A stretch of 64,000 bases of DNA, from the NCBI GenBank assembly GCA_963805945.1, contig CAWDVP010000004.1:96001-160000 (forward strand), written 5' to 3'. Shown here one piece after another: positions 47,661-57,787 of the stretch; the first letter of the stretch is position 1, and every line of letters starts with the position of its first letter. The stretch comes from Vulcanimicrobiota bacterium. Lineage in GTDB: Bacteria > Vulcanimicrobiota > Vulcanimicrobiia > Eremiobacterales > Eremiobacteraceae. The translations under genes were made by a program, and so were the position numbers. The notes below the pieces were generated by a model that had not been told where the DNA came from, made no database searches, and was given only the letters and a program-made list of their open reading frames with translations.

Positions 47661-48236
47661 GTGCTCGCCATGCTCGACAGCGCCGAAGCTACCATAAGTT
47701 CGCAGCTCCAAGACGGCGAGCAGCTTCTCTGGAGCGGCCGGCCGCGTCAGGGCCTGCTGCTCCAGAACACGGACATCATCGTCATCCCCACCACTCTGCT
47801 CTTCAGCGGCTTCATCTTCTATTGGGAATACGAGGTCGTCACCACGCATCAGTTCTGGGTGCTGCAGCTGTGGGGCATCCCGTTCGTGCTGCTCGCGCTC
47901 TTCTTGGTGATCGGGCGTTTTTTTATCGACGCCGCGGTGCGCGGCAAGACGTACTACGGCCTCACCGACCGGCGCATCGTCAGCGTGGTCGGCGACAAGA
48001 CGACGAGCTACGCGTTAGGCGACATCAGCGGCATGGGAGCGAGCGCCGCCAGGAACGGCGTCGGCAATATCGTGTTCGGTGTGCCCGGCACGACGGTGCC
48101 GAACGACATGAGCGCGATCCTCGGCAGTTCCCGCTCGGGCTGGCCGCAGTGGAGCTTGATCGACGACGCGCGCGGAGTGCGCGCGCAGATCGAAACCGCG
48201 CGCCAGGCGCTTCAAACGGGATCCGCCGCGACCTAG
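47661..48236 (+). CDS. Membrane protein with bacterial PH-like domain
   Basis: GEQLLWSGRP, two TM segments, YGLTDRRI. Confidence 0.7.
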   Translation: MLAMLDSAEATISSQLQDGEQLLWSGRPRQGLLLQNTDIIVIPTTLLFSGFIFYWEYEVVTTHQFWVLQLWGIPFVLLALFLVIGRFFIDAAVRGKTYYGLTDRRIVSVVGDKTTSYALGDISGMGASAARNGVGNIVFGVPGTTVPNDMSAILGSSRSGWPQWSLIDDARGVRAQIETARQALQTGSAAT

Positions 48237-48239
48237 TTA

Positions 48240-48262
48240 CCCGAGCTTCGCTCGGGCACTAC
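48240..48262 (-). repeat. REP-like palindrome, type B
   Basis: CCCGAGC-ttc-GCTCGGG-CACTAC between convergent genes. Confidence 0.85.
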
Positions 48263-48277
48263 GGCCCGTTTCGCGTG

Positions 48278-49348
48278 TTAGCCGAGTTTGGTGCCGCAGT
48301 TACCGCAGAACTTGGCGCCTTCGGGATTCTGCTGATGGCATTGCGGGCACTCGACCGTCGTGACCACCGCTTTGCCGCACTCCGGGCAGAACTTCGCGTC
48401 TGCCGGGATCTTCGCCTGACAGTGCGGGCAGGCGATCATCGCGACCGCCGCGCCGGCAGCGGCCGCGCCGCCACCGCCCGCAGCCGCGCCCGCGTTGCCC
48501 GCTTGCATCGCTTGGTTGAGCATGCCGGGGATCGCAAAACCGAGTCCGGCGCCCATGCCGATGCCCGCGGCCGCGCCCGCTGAGCCGCCGGGGTTCTGCG
48601 CGGCCTCTTCGAGCGAACGCGCAGCCTTGAACTGCATGTACTGATTCATGTTCCCGACGACGCCCATGCCGGTACGCTCGTCGATGACCTTCTGCACGTC
48701 GTCCGGCGGCGTGATCGCGTTGATGAGGAAATCGACCAGCTCGACGCCGTACTGCGCGAAGTCGTCCTTGACGCGCGCCTTGGCGGCCGCGTCGAGCGCG
48801 TCGTAGTTCTTGGCCAGGTCGAGCACGCTCTTCACCGTCTCGCCGAGCAGGTTGTTGAGCCGCGACACGATGATGTTGCGGAAGAAGTCCTGTAGCGACT
48901 CAGACGTGTAGACGTTTGCCGTGCCGACGATCTTGTTGACGAACAGCTGCGCATCGGTGACGCGCACCGAGAAGATGCCGTACGCGCGCAGACGCACCAT
49001 CGAGAACTCGGCATCGCGGAAGAGGATCGGCTCGGCCGTGCCCCAGCGCAGGTTCGTGAAGACGTTCATGCTCACGAAGTAGACCTGGCTCTGGAACGGC
49101 GAGGTGCCGCCGAACGGGATCGACAGGAACTTGGTGAGGACGGGCAGGTTCTGCGTCGACAGCGTGTAGCGGCCCGGCGTGAAGGTGTCGAGCGCGCGGC
49201 CATCGCGGAAGAACACCGCGGCCTGGCTCTCCTGCACGATGAGCTGGCTGCCCCACTTGATGTCGGTGGAGCCGGTCTCGGGCCAGCGATGCACGATCTG
49301 CTGCCCTGTGTTGTCGAAGAACTCGATGACCGAAAGGCCGAGTGCCAT
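48278..49348 (-). CDS. SPFH/band-7-like (YdjI-type) protein with double zinc ribbon
   Basis: GSQLIVQESQAAVF, PGRYTLST.NLP, WGT; four CxxC motifs at the C-terminus. Confidence 0.88.
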   Translation of the reverse strand: MALGLSVIEFFDNTGQQIVHRWPETGSTDIKWGSQLIVQESQAAVFFRDGRALDTFTPGRYTLSTQNLPVLTKFLSIPFGGTSPFQSQVYFVSMNVFTNLRWGTAEPILFRDAEFSMVRLRAYGIFSVRVTDAQLFVNKIVGTANVYTSESLQDFFRNIIVSRLNNLLGETVKSVLDLAKNYDALDAAAKARVKDDFAQYGVELVDFLINAITPPDDVQKVIDERTGMGVVGNMNQYMQFKAARSLEEAAQNPGGSAGAAAGIGMGAGLGFAIPGMLNQAMQAGNAGAAAGGGGAAAAGAAVAMIACPHCQAKIPADAKFCPECGKAVVTTVECPQCHQQNPEGAKFCGNCGTKLG

Positions 49349-49397
49349 GATGTGTGTCCTTTTACCTCGTGCTCACGCCGTTTGAGTGTGGGTAACG

Positions 49398-50042
49398 CTA
49401 GTTCTGCGGTGCGGTCAATGGATCGAAGAGATGCTGCCGCGCCTCGAAGCGCCGATCGAATTCCGCGCTCAGCGCGTCAAGCGCCGAGAGCGCCGCGGTG
49501 AGTTTGGCAGGATCGCTCGCCGCCGCTTCCACGCCCGCGATCGCGGAGTCGAAACCGCCGAGATCGTTCATAATGCCCGCGTCGTATTGGTACAACCGCG
49601 CGAGCTCGGGATCGCCGAGCTGCACGCGATCGAAGACGGCGGAGTAGCCGTAATCGGCGAAGCGCATGCGGTCGATCAATTTCTCGAGGCGCCGTCCGCT
49701 CAGATCGATGAGCGACAATCCGTCGAGGCTGCCCGAGCGCGAGATGCTGTCGACGACGCCGTCGAGCCGGCCCTTGATGCCGGTCAGCCGCTCGCCGATG
49801 ATCGCGCGCAGCTGCTTGTCCGCGGTCCGGCGATCCTCGACCGCCTTGTAGCCTGCGAACCCAGGGATGAGGTGCGCGATGTTGGCCAGCGCATCGCCGA
49901 CGCTGGGCAGATGCGCGTTGATGGTGTCGACCCGTTGCTGGAAGGTCGGCCCAGGCGCAGGCGCGGCGGCCGGCGACACGGGTACCGCGGCGGGCGCAGC
50001 CGGCACTACGGCCGGTGCTTGCGGGGCGTCTTGATCAGGCAT
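49398..50042 (-). CDS. Hypothetical helical protein
   Basis: IPGFAGY...EDRRTADKQLR and ADYGYS pattern; upstream of the SPFH gene. Confidence 0.7.
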   Translation of the reverse strand: MPDQDAPQAPAVVPAAPAAVPVSPAAAPAPGPTFQQRVDTINAHLPSVGDALANIAHLIPGFAGYKAVEDRRTADKQLRAIIGERLTGIKGRLDGVVDSISRSGSLDGLSLIDLSGRRLEKLIDRMRFADYGYSAVFDRVQLGDPELARLYQYDAGIMNDLGGFDSAIAGVEAAASDPAKLTAALSALDALSAEFDRRFEARQHLFDPLTAPQN

Positions 50043-50167
50043 GCGATGGTCGCTCCTTGGAAAGGCGTGTTCGTGCGGCCCGTGTTTCGTCCATTATATC
50101 GGTATCCCCGGCCAAAGGTTGCACCGCGCGAGGCCCGCGTTGTCCCGCTCGGCCTTAACGGGAAGAA

Positions 50168-50196
50168 AGGGCCGACCTAAAGGTCGGCCCCTACAT
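50168..50196 (-). repeat. REP-like palindrome (GTAG type)
   Basis: Minus strand reads atgtagGGGCCGACC-ttta-GGTCGGCCC. Confidence 0.85.
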
Positions 50197-50210
50197 ATGA
50201 GCGCGTGGGG

Positions 50211-51590
50211 CTATTTCGAGGCTTGGAGCGGCGGCGCCGTCCACTGGCCGTCGAGCACCTCTTGCTTCGGCCAGTACAAGCGCATCACCACGTAGATGAG
50301 ACCATCCGGCGCGGGCAGCCAGTTCGATTCCAAATCCTTGCCGGGCGATGTGGCTTGGAGGTACAGCGTGATGCCCCCGTCCGCGTTCTTCTTCAACTGC
50401 GGCAGCATCGGCGAGTTGATCAAGTATCGGTCCAGCGGATTGGCGACGAGCAGTTGGGTCTTGCCGTCGTACATCGTCACCGACCAGAAGGCGTTCACCG
50501 GCGGCAGTTTGCCTGGCGCGAAAGTCAGCTGATAGTTATTTTTGGACGCGTCGAATTGGTTGCCGTCCGGGCCGAGCTTATAGAACGCGTAGGTCGCCTC
50601 CGCCGCGGAATTGCCGTAGATCCCCAGTTGCGCGCCCACCGCCCGATTCAGGTAGTTGTTCTTCAGGAACTCGCGCGTGCCGAAATATTGGGCGGAAGAG
50701 CCCTTTGCCTTCGCGACGGCTGCGTCAATGGCTGCGTTCCCATCCGTCATCCCGCCGGCGAGCGCGGTCGCCATAGGGCCTGTCATCGCGACGGTCTTGA
50801 ACGGCGCGATGCCGATGATCGCGAAATTCTGACGCAGCTGAACCTCGCTCGGGTCGACGGAACAGAGCTGCAGCAAGAAGTTCAGATAGTTGAAGAAGCC
50901 GATACCCGCCACTGCCTTGGGATCGTAGGTCGGCCAGTTGATCTTCGGCGGCGGCTCCGGCCTGGGGCGGTTCGCGAAGACGCTGAGCTGCTGGACCTTA
51001 TAGCCCGCCTGGATCTTCTTCACGTTATCAAGGTCGCTCGGGCCGAACAGCTGCGTCCGGTAGAGGGCGATCGCGAACCGCGTTTCGCTCCTGATGACTT
51101 TCGTGATGCCCGCGGGGGTCGCACCCGTCCACTCGGGGCCGGCGATCAAGAAGTGGCCGCCGCCGTTGCCGGTCGTGCGCGAGCCGAGATACGCGAAATT
51201 GTAGGTGTACAGGTCGATCAACTGGACCGAATAGTAGCGGTCTTTCTCGATCGCCGGCAGCGTGAGCACGAGCGGCTCGGTCAGGTCCATGCCGACGAAT
51301 GAATACGGCGTGTCGCTGTTCGGCGTCACGACGGTGGTGTCGGCAGGTGTGTACACGTTGGCGGTGTTGTAGATCGTGTTGAAGCCTGTCTTGTATTGCG
51401 GATTGTTTTTATCGATAAAATAGGCGAATATGGCCTTGTAGTTGTCGACCATGGGATAGCCGTAGATGTAGGCTTGCGTCGCGATCGCGCGAGCTTGCGT
51501 CGGATTCGGTGAGTCCGCAGCCCGCGCACTCGTGGCGCCAGCGAGGGCGACGAAAAGAGAGAGACTCAGTGCGAATACATGCTTTTGCAT
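50211..51590 (-). CDS. DUF1254/DUF1214 exported protein
   Basis: AYIYGYP, VTPNSDTPYS, FWSVTMYD, NWLPAP and RLYWP motifs. Confidence 0.9.
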   Translation of the reverse strand: MQKHVFALSLSLFVALAGATSARAADSPNPTQARAIATQAYIYGYPMVDNYKAIFAYFIDKNNPQYKTGFNTIYNTANVYTPADTTVVTPNSDTPYSFVGMDLTEPLVLTLPAIEKDRYYSVQLIDLYTYNFAYLGSRTTGNGGGHFLIAGPEWTGATPAGITKVIRSETRFAIALYRTQLFGPSDLDNVKKIQAGYKVQQLSVFANRPRPEPPPKINWPTYDPKAVAGIGFFNYLNFLLQLCSVDPSEVQLRQNFAIIGIAPFKTVAMTGPMATALAGGMTDGNAAIDAAVAKAKGSSAQYFGTREFLKNNYLNRAVGAQLGIYGNSAAEATYAFYKLGPDGNQFDASKNNYQLTFAPGKLPPVNAFWSVTMYDGKTQLLVANPLDRYLINSPMLPQLKKNADGGITLYLQATSPGKDLESNWLPAPDGLIYVVMRLYWPKQEVLDGQWTAPPLQASK

Positions 51591-51636
51591 GCCGCGTCTT
51601 TCTGAGCGACGCGCGCCGACTCCCTCGGGCATTGGA

Positions 51637-52674
51637 CTAGATCGCGAGCGCGGTGTCCTGGTCTTCGAAGTCGCCGACGCCGACGACTTCAAGTTCTTGA
51701 GATCGCGCTTCTTCTAATATCGCGCGCACGTCGTCCGAGGTCGGCGCGTGGTTGATCCGCTCGCGCAGGCTCGACGCGCCGTGGATGCCCTTGACGTACC
51801 AACCGAGATGTTTGCGCATCTGCAGCACGCCCGACTTCTCGCCGTAGCGCTCGACCATCGCATCGAGATGCGCGCGCGCGAAATCGATGCGCTCGGCCAC
51901 CGACGGCGCCGCCGGCACCGGCTCTCCGCGCATCGCCGCCGCGATCTCGCGCACCAGCCACGGATTGCCGAGCGACGCGCGGCCGATCATGATCGCGTCG
52001 ACGCCGGTCTCGCTCATGCGCCGCATCGCGTCGGCGGCGCTGCCGATGTCGCCGTTGCCGATCACCGGCACGTGGAGCACTTCTTTGAGCTTGGCGATAT
52101 ACGACCAGTCAGCCGTGCCCTTATAGAACTGCTTGCCGTAGCGCCCGTGCAGCGTGAACGCGTCGATGCCGACCGCCTCCGCCCGTTGCGCGATGTCGAG
52201 ATGGGTGAAGTTGCTCTGCTCCCAGCCGAGCCGCATCTTCACGGTGACCGGGACCTTCTTCACCGCTTTGCGCACCGCGTCGCAGATGCGCACCGCGAGA
52301 TCGGGATCGCGCAGGATGGCGGCGCCATCGCCGCCTTTGGTGATCTTGGGCGCCGGGCAGCCGAAATTGATGTCGACGATGTCGGCGCCGCATTCTTCCA
52401 CGAACGCGGCCGCTTGCGCCATGACTTCGGGATCGCTGCCGTGCAGCTGGACCGCGGTCGGCCGCTCTTCCGGGTAGACGTCGACCATCTCGAGCGTACG
52501 CTTGTTCATCCGCAAGAGCGACTGGGCCGAGACGAATTCGCTCACCGTCAGCCCCAGGCCGAACGGCTTGAGGAGCTTGCGGAACAGAGCATTGGTGACC
52601 CCGGCCATCGGCGCGAGGGCCAGCGGCGGGAACATCTCGATGGCGCCGATGCGCAGCGGTTTGATGGGAGTCAT
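51637..52674 (-). CDS. dusB: tRNA-dihydrouridine synthase B
   Basis: LAPMAG, DINFGCP, VTVKMR, HGR, NGDI and RKHLGWY motifs. Confidence 0.93.
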   Translation of the reverse strand: MTPIKPLRIGAIEMFPPLALAPMAGVTNALFRKLLKPFGLGLTVSEFVSAQSLLRMNKRTLEMVDVYPEERPTAVQLHGSDPEVMAQAAAFVEECGADIVDINFGCPAPKITKGGDGAAILRDPDLAVRICDAVRKAVKKVPVTVKMRLGWEQSNFTHLDIAQRAEAVGIDAFTLHGRYGKQFYKGTADWSYIAKLKEVLHVPVIGNGDIGSAADAMRRMSETGVDAIMIGRASLGNPWLVREIAAAMRGEPVPAAPSVAERIDFARAHLDAMVERYGEKSGVLQMRKHLGWYVKGIHGASSLRERINHAPTSDDVRAILEEARSQELEVVGVGDFEDQDTALAI

Positions 52675-52712
52675 ACTCTCGGCCAGATTCGACCGGGCGG
52701 GGCGCCGCGCCT

Positions 52713-52738
52713 CGGTCGAATAAATTCGACCGCTCCAT
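52713..52738 (-). repeat. REP-like palindrome (GGAG variant)
   Basis: Minus strand reads atggagCGGTCGAA-ttta-TTCGACCG. Confidence 0.8.
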
Positions 52739-52785
52739 CGCCACGTGCGCGAAGGGCGAGCCCGCACGCAAGCGAACCCCTCTAG

Positions 52786-53904
52786 ATGAAGACTTATCGA
52801 TCGTCGATCGCGTCGCTATGCGTCGCGGTCGCACTCATCCTGGTGGCGGGCGCACCGGCATCGGCAGCATTGCGCGCCGTCACCTTCGTATCGCCGAGCA
52901 CCGGCTGGGTCGCCGGCGACGGCATCATCGCCGCGACCACCGACGGCGGCAGGACGTGGCACCAGCAATATTCGGGCAGGGCGCAGATCTCGTCGTTGAG
53001 CTTCGTCAGCGCGAGCACCGGCTGGGCCGCCGGCGTCGATCCGATTCCGGGCACGGGCGTGCTCTTGGGAACGCTCGACGGCGGACGCACGTGGAACAAA
53101 CTCGCCGAACCGCCGAGCAGCGCGCGCATCGTGAGCTTCGGCGATTCGTCTGTCGGCTACGCGATGGAGGGCGGCTCGCTGCTCGAGTCCGGCGTCGTGC
53201 CCGAACGTTCGACGCCGTTCTTCGGCGGCCGCCTCGCGCAATCGACCGATGGCGGACATTCCTGGCACGTCTTGGACAATCCGATGCTCGTCGACACCGT
53301 GTGCGCCAGCAGCTCGCGCAGCGCGTTCGCCGCGTACCAAGCGGCGGTGCTACGCGCGGTCGACAATGGCGAATCGTTCAACCACGTCTTCTCACCGCAC
53401 ATCGACACCCATCTCGTGTGGTATGCGAGCGTGCATTGCGCCGGCGACGACGTCGCGTGGGTGCAGTTCTCGAGCACGCCGGTCGGTGATCAACGGCCGT
53501 GGATCGTCTTCCGTACGACCGATAGCGGGCAGACGTGGCAGCCGATGCTCATGAACAAGAAGACGCCGGCGGCGTACTACCATCCCGATAACAGCAGCGC
53601 TGCTGACGCACCGGGTCCCTGGCCCGGACCGTTCGCAGTCATCGATGCGAGCACCGCGTTCTTCGTCGGCGGGTGTCCGCAATGCGGCGCGCACGGCACG
53701 CTCACGATCACCGGCACGATCGACGGCGGCGCCACCTGGCAACCCGTCGCGAGCATCCCCGATCTGACGCTTGCCGGTCCCGTCGCCGTGTCGTTCGCGA
53801 ACCGCGCGCGCGGTTGGGTGGTCGGCACCGGAGCCGACGGCTCTCCCGCCATCGAGATGACCGCCAACGGCGGTCTTGCCTGGACGAGGCAGCGGCTGAA
53901 ATGA
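52786..53904 (+). CDS. Secreted BNR/Asp-box (YCF48-like) beta-propeller protein
   Basis: Signal peptide; repeated TxDGGxTW. Confidence 0.85.
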   Translation: MKTYRSSIASLCVAVALILVAGAPASAALRAVTFVSPSTGWVAGDGIIAATTDGGRTWHQQYSGRAQISSLSFVSASTGWAAGVDPIPGTGVLLGTLDGGRTWNKLAEPPSSARIVSFGDSSVGYAMEGGSLLESGVVPERSTPFFGGRLAQSTDGGHSWHVLDNPMLVDTVCASSSRSAFAAYQAAVLRAVDNGESFNHVFSPHIDTHLVWYASVHCAGDDVAWVQFSSTPVGDQRPWIVFRTTDSGQTWQPMLMNKKTPAAYYHPDNSSAADAPGPWPGPFAVIDASTAFFVGGCPQCGAHGTLTITGTIDGGATWQPVASIPDLTLAGPVAVSFANRARGWVVGTGADGSPAIEMTANGGLAWTRQRLK

Positions 53905-55083
53905 CGTCAACGGTGCTCGAGGTCCCCGCGGCGGTCGTCCGCGATGTGGTCGCGCTGCGGCGCGATTTCCACGCGCATCCGGAATTGGGTTTCGAAGAGA
54001 ACCGCACCGCGGGCATCGTGGCGGAACGCCTCAAGGCGCTCGGGTACGAAGTGCGCACCGGCATCGGCCAGACCGGCGTCGTCGGCATTCTGCGCACGAA
54101 GAAGCCCGGTAAGACCGTGCTGCTGCGCGCGGACATGGACTGCTTGCCGATTCGAAGAGCTCAGCGGCGTCGAATATTCGTCCACGCATGCCGGCAAGAT
54201 GCACGCGTGCGGTCACGACGGCCACACCGCCATGCTGCTCGGCGCAGCGCAGCTCATCATGGAGCGCCGCGATCTGCTCAGCGGCACGATCGTGCTCTGC
54301 TTCCAGCCCGCCGAAGAAGGCAAAGGCGGCGCCAAGGCGATGATCGAGGACGGCCTGCTCGACGATCCGCACGTCGATCGCGTCTACGGCATCCATCTCA
54401 CCTCGCTCTATCCGGTCGGCCAGGTGCTCGTCAAAGCGGGCCCGGTGATGGCGTCGAGCGATTCCATCGAGATCACGATCCACGGGCGCGGCGGCCATGG
54501 CGCTGCGCCGCACCAGACCGTCGACCCGATCGTCACGGCGGCGCACTTCGTGACGCAGCTGCAGCAGGTCGTGAGCCGCCAGGTCGATCCGTTGCAGCCG
54601 GCGGTGGTGACGATCGGTGCGATCCACGGCGGCACGATCCACAATGTCATCCCCGACAAGGTCGACCTGCTCGGCACCGTGCGCGCGTTCTCAGAAGATG
54701 AGCGCAGTCGGATGCACCCGCGCATCGAGACGGTGCTCGGCGGCTGCTGCGAGGCCTTCGGCGCGAGCTACGACTACAAATATCTCGATCGCTATCCGGT
54801 GACGGTGAACGATCCCGTGCACGCGGCCTACGTGCGCGACCTGGCGGCGCGCACCGTCGGCGCCGAGCGCTCGCGCGAGCTCACGCCCACCATGGGCGCG
54901 GAGGACTTCTCGTTCATGCTGCTGGAGCGGCCCGGCTGCTTCTTCTTCGTCGGCTCGCAATCCGACGAGCGCACCGCGGTCGCCCACCACAACGCACGCT
55001 TCGCCATCGACGAGGCGTGCCTGCCCACCGGCGTGCAGATGTTGCTCGCGCTCGCGCTCGATGCGCCCACCCGTGAACTGTAG
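53901..55083 (+). CDS. M20D amidohydrolase (single frameshift near 54152, probably an error)
   Basis: RRDFHAHPELGFEE and LRADMD in one frame; MHACGHDGH, FQPAEE, GGHGA and AEDF in the next. Confidence 0.85.
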
Positions 55084-55098
55084 CCGAGAAGGGATCGC

Positions 55099-55869
55099 AT
55101 GACGATCTTTCACGTCCAATTCGACGTCCGCCTCATCGTGCTCGCCGTGGCGGTGCTCATCCTCATCTGCAGCGAGCTGGGGTTCCGCTACGGGCGCCGG
55201 CGCGCTGGCCGCCTCGGCGCCGAGGAATCGGTCGGCGCGATTCTGGCGGCCGCGTTCGGCGTCGTCGCTCTCCTGCTCGCCTTCTCGTTCCAACTCGCGG
55301 TCACGCGCTATGACGTGCGCCGCGAAACGGTGGTCCGCGAGGCGAACGCCATCGGCACGACCATCCTGCGCGCGCAGCTGCTCGACGCGCCGACCCGCGC
55401 ACAGATGCTGCCGCTGCTGCGCCAATACGTCGCGAGCCGGATCGCGTTCTCAGAAGCCGGGGCCGATGCGGCCGGCCGGACGTCGGCCGATGTGGGGTCC
55501 GACCGGCTGCAGCACGAGATGTGGGCGCTTGCGATGTCGGCGGCACGGCGCGATCCGCACTCGACGCTGATGCCGTTGTTCATCGCCACGCTCAACGACG
55601 CGATCGACGCGAGCGGCGAGCAGAGCGCCGCGCTCGCCGCGGCTATCCCGACACCGATCCTCTCGGTGCTGCTCGTCATCGTGCTCGTCTCTGCGGTCCT
55701 GCTCGGCATGGACTCAGGGCGCCAGGGCCAGAGAGGCCTCGTGCCAACGCTGTTGTTCGCGTTCATGCTGGCGCTGTCGATCTACATCATCTTGGATCTA
55801 GACCTTCCGCAGCGAGGGTTGATCAAGGTCAATATCTCGCCGCTCATCCAGCTGCAGAGCCTATTCTGA
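55099..55869 (+). CDS. DUF4239/bestrophin-like membrane protein
   Basis: LLAFSF...RYDVRR...EANAIGT and DLDLPQRGLI motifs. Confidence 0.8.
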   Translation: MTIFHVQFDVRLIVLAVAVLILICSELGFRYGRRRAGRLGAEESVGAILAAAFGVVALLLAFSFQLAVTRYDVRRETVVREANAIGTTILRAQLLDAPTRAQMLPLLRQYVASRIAFSEAGADAAGRTSADVGSDRLQHEMWALAMSAARRDPHSTLMPLFIATLNDAIDASGEQSAALAAAIPTPILSVLLVIVLVSAVLLGMDSGRQGQRGLVPTLLFAFMLALSIYIILDLDLPQRGLIKVNISPLIQLQSLF

Positions 55870-55877
55870 CGGCCGCG

Positions 55878-56453
55878 GTGCAGCCCATCGAGCATCAGGC
55901 GCACACCCGCGCGCGGCTGGAGTCGTTCAGCGACATCGTCTTCGGCTTCAGCCTCGCGCAGCTGGCGCTCGCATTGCCCACGCCCAGTCATGTGAGCGAG
56001 TTGCGCTGGACCGACATCTTTCTCTTCGTCGCCACGTTCACCGCGGTGAGCTTCCTGTGGTGGCGGCACCATCTCATCTTCCGCGACGTCTTCGTCCCCG
56101 AACGATGGAGCATCGTGCTCAACTTCGTCATGCTGGCCGCGGTCGCGCTGTCCACGTATGCCATCCAAGCGACGTTCCGCGGCCACATGGGCCTGTCGTC
56201 CGTCGTCCTGTACGCGACGGTCCTCGGCGTCACGTTTCTCTCGCTGAGCGCCATGATCGCGCGTGGTCTGCCGCGGCGCGAGGGCATCACCGACGAGACG
56301 CGGCTCGCCAACAAGAGGCTGATGTATGCGTTCGGCGGCATCGGCGTCATCTTCTTGGGCTCGATCGCGCTCTTGCCGCTCGGCGCGGAGTACATCCCGC
56401 TCGCCTGGTGCCTCACGCCGTTCGTACGCATCGCTGCCGGGCGGGTCCGCTAA
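55878..56453 (+). CDS. TMEM175-family channel-like protein
   Basis: RLESFSDIVF and WWRHH motifs. Confidence 0.75.
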   Translation: MQPIEHQAHTRARLESFSDIVFGFSLAQLALALPTPSHVSELRWTDIFLFVATFTAVSFLWWRHHLIFRDVFVPERWSIVLNFVMLAAVALSTYAIQATFRGHMGLSSVVLYATVLGVTFLSLSAMIARGLPRREGITDETRLANKRLMYAFGGIGVIFLGSIALLPLGAEYIPLAWCLTPFVRIAAGRVR

Positions 56454-56455
56454 GC

Positions 56456-57244
56456 ATGTCGCGCGCGTCCGCCCATGGCGAGGAGTTCCTGTATGAAGCG
56501 CCGCGCGGCACACGCCCGCACGTCGTGCTGCTGCCGGGCCTGATCGCGGGCAGCTGGATGTGGGAGCCGACGATGGCGATGCTCGCCGAGCACGGCTACG
56601 GCTATCTCGCACTTGCCCGCCCGCTCGCGGTCGAACGCGAGGACGTGAAGTCCATGCAGGGTTGGGCGCTAGAGCTGATGGACCGCTGCGAGATCGAGCG
56701 GGCCGTCATCGCAGGCGGCTCGTTCGGATCGCACGTGGCGCTCGCCTGTGCGCTCGAGGCGCCTGAGCGCGTCGAGATGCTCGTGCTCAGCGGCGCGCCC
56801 GGGGCGATCACCGCTGCCCAGCTCGGTATCTCGTGGCCGGGTAAGATGACACGCTCTGTCGGCGATAAGGTGATCGATAAGCTCTTCGTCGATTGCTCCG
56901 TCGTCGCGGAGGAGACGATCGTGCGGACGCATCAGCTCTTTCGGGAGAGCCGCAACATGCTTCGCGCCATCCGGCTCATGAAAGAGTGCACCGCGTTCGA
57001 CTACGGCGCGGCGCTCGCGCGCGTCGAGCCCTTTGTGCTCATGATCTGGGGCGCCGCGGATCAGTTCAGTCCATGCGCGATCTGGCAGGACATCGCGCTC
57101 CGCGTTCGCGACGGCGCATTTGTCGTCATCGACGGCTGCGGCCATGTGCCGATGATCGAACGGCCGGACGTCTTCAACGCACTGCTCTTGGAACATCTGA
57201 TGAAGAACAGGACGACGAAAGGCTCAGGCAGCGCCGCCGACTAG
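56456..57244 (+). CDS. Alpha/beta-fold hydrolase
   Basis: GGSFG, WGAAD and GCGHVPMIE motifs. Confidence 0.85.
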   Translation: MSRASAHGEEFLYEAPRGTRPHVVLLPGLIAGSWMWEPTMAMLAEHGYGYLALARPLAVEREDVKSMQGWALELMDRCEIERAVIAGGSFGSHVALACALEAPERVEMLVLSGAPGAITAAQLGISWPGKMTRSVGDKVIDKLFVDCSVVAEETIVRTHQLFRESRNMLRAIRLMKECTAFDYGAALARVEPFVLMIWGAADQFSPCAIWQDIALRVRDGAFVVIDGCGHVPMIERPDVFNALLLEHLMKNRTTKGSGSAAD

Positions 57245-57255
57245 CCATCGAAGTG

Positions 57256-57392
57256 TGCTATACTTGACGTACAGCGACTAAGGCATTACCAGATAGCTGC
57301 CCCGTACGCATCGCGTACGTCATTGTCGGGCGGTTTTTTATTTGGCGAACCCATGATTATCGGCTGTCGTCCATTCATCCAAAGGAGTTCCC
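57256..57392 (+). promoter_or_regulatory. Extended -10 promoter plus structured 5' leader with terminator-like hairpin
   Basis: TGCTATACT; hairpin 57296-57334 followed by TTTTTTATTT; alternative pairings possible. Confidence 0.5.
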
Positions 57393-57713
57393 ATGTTCGC
57401 ACGCATCGTCAAGATGACCATCAAGCCGGCCCATGTCACCGACTGGAACGCGACCTTCGAGAAGCAGATCCTCCCCACGCTGCGCAAAGAGAAGGGTTTC
57501 CAGGACGAGATCACGCTCGTCGGCCCGACCGGCACCGAGATCCTCGCGATCAGCCTGTGGGATAGCAAAGCGAGCGCGGAAGCGTACAACGTCGGAGCCT
57601 TCCCGGAGCTGGTGAAGAACCTGTCGCACATGCTCGACGGAAGCCCGAACGTCAAGACCTACGAAGTGGGCAATTCGACCATGCACACGATCTCGCATCC
57701 CCTCCCCGTCTAA
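57393..57713 (+). CDS. ABM-like dimeric alpha/beta-barrel protein
   Basis: ILPTLRKEKGF and ISLWDSKASAEAY motifs; AAGGAG SD. Confidence 0.8.
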   Translation: MFARIVKMTIKPAHVTDWNATFEKQILPTLRKEKGFQDEITLVGPTGTEILAISLWDSKASAEAYNVGAFPELVKNLSHMLDGSPNVKTYEVGNSTMHTISHPLPV

Positions 57714-57735
57714 CGTCGACACTCCGTCACATGAC

Positions 57736-57771
57736 AAGAGCGGCCGGAATCCGGCCGCTCTTCTCTTTTTT
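57736..57771 (+). terminator. Intrinsic terminator
   Basis: AAGAGCGGCCGG-aat-CCGGCCGCTCTT-CTCTTTTTT. Confidence 0.8.
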
Positions 57772-57787
57772 CCGCCGCCGGCTCGCG

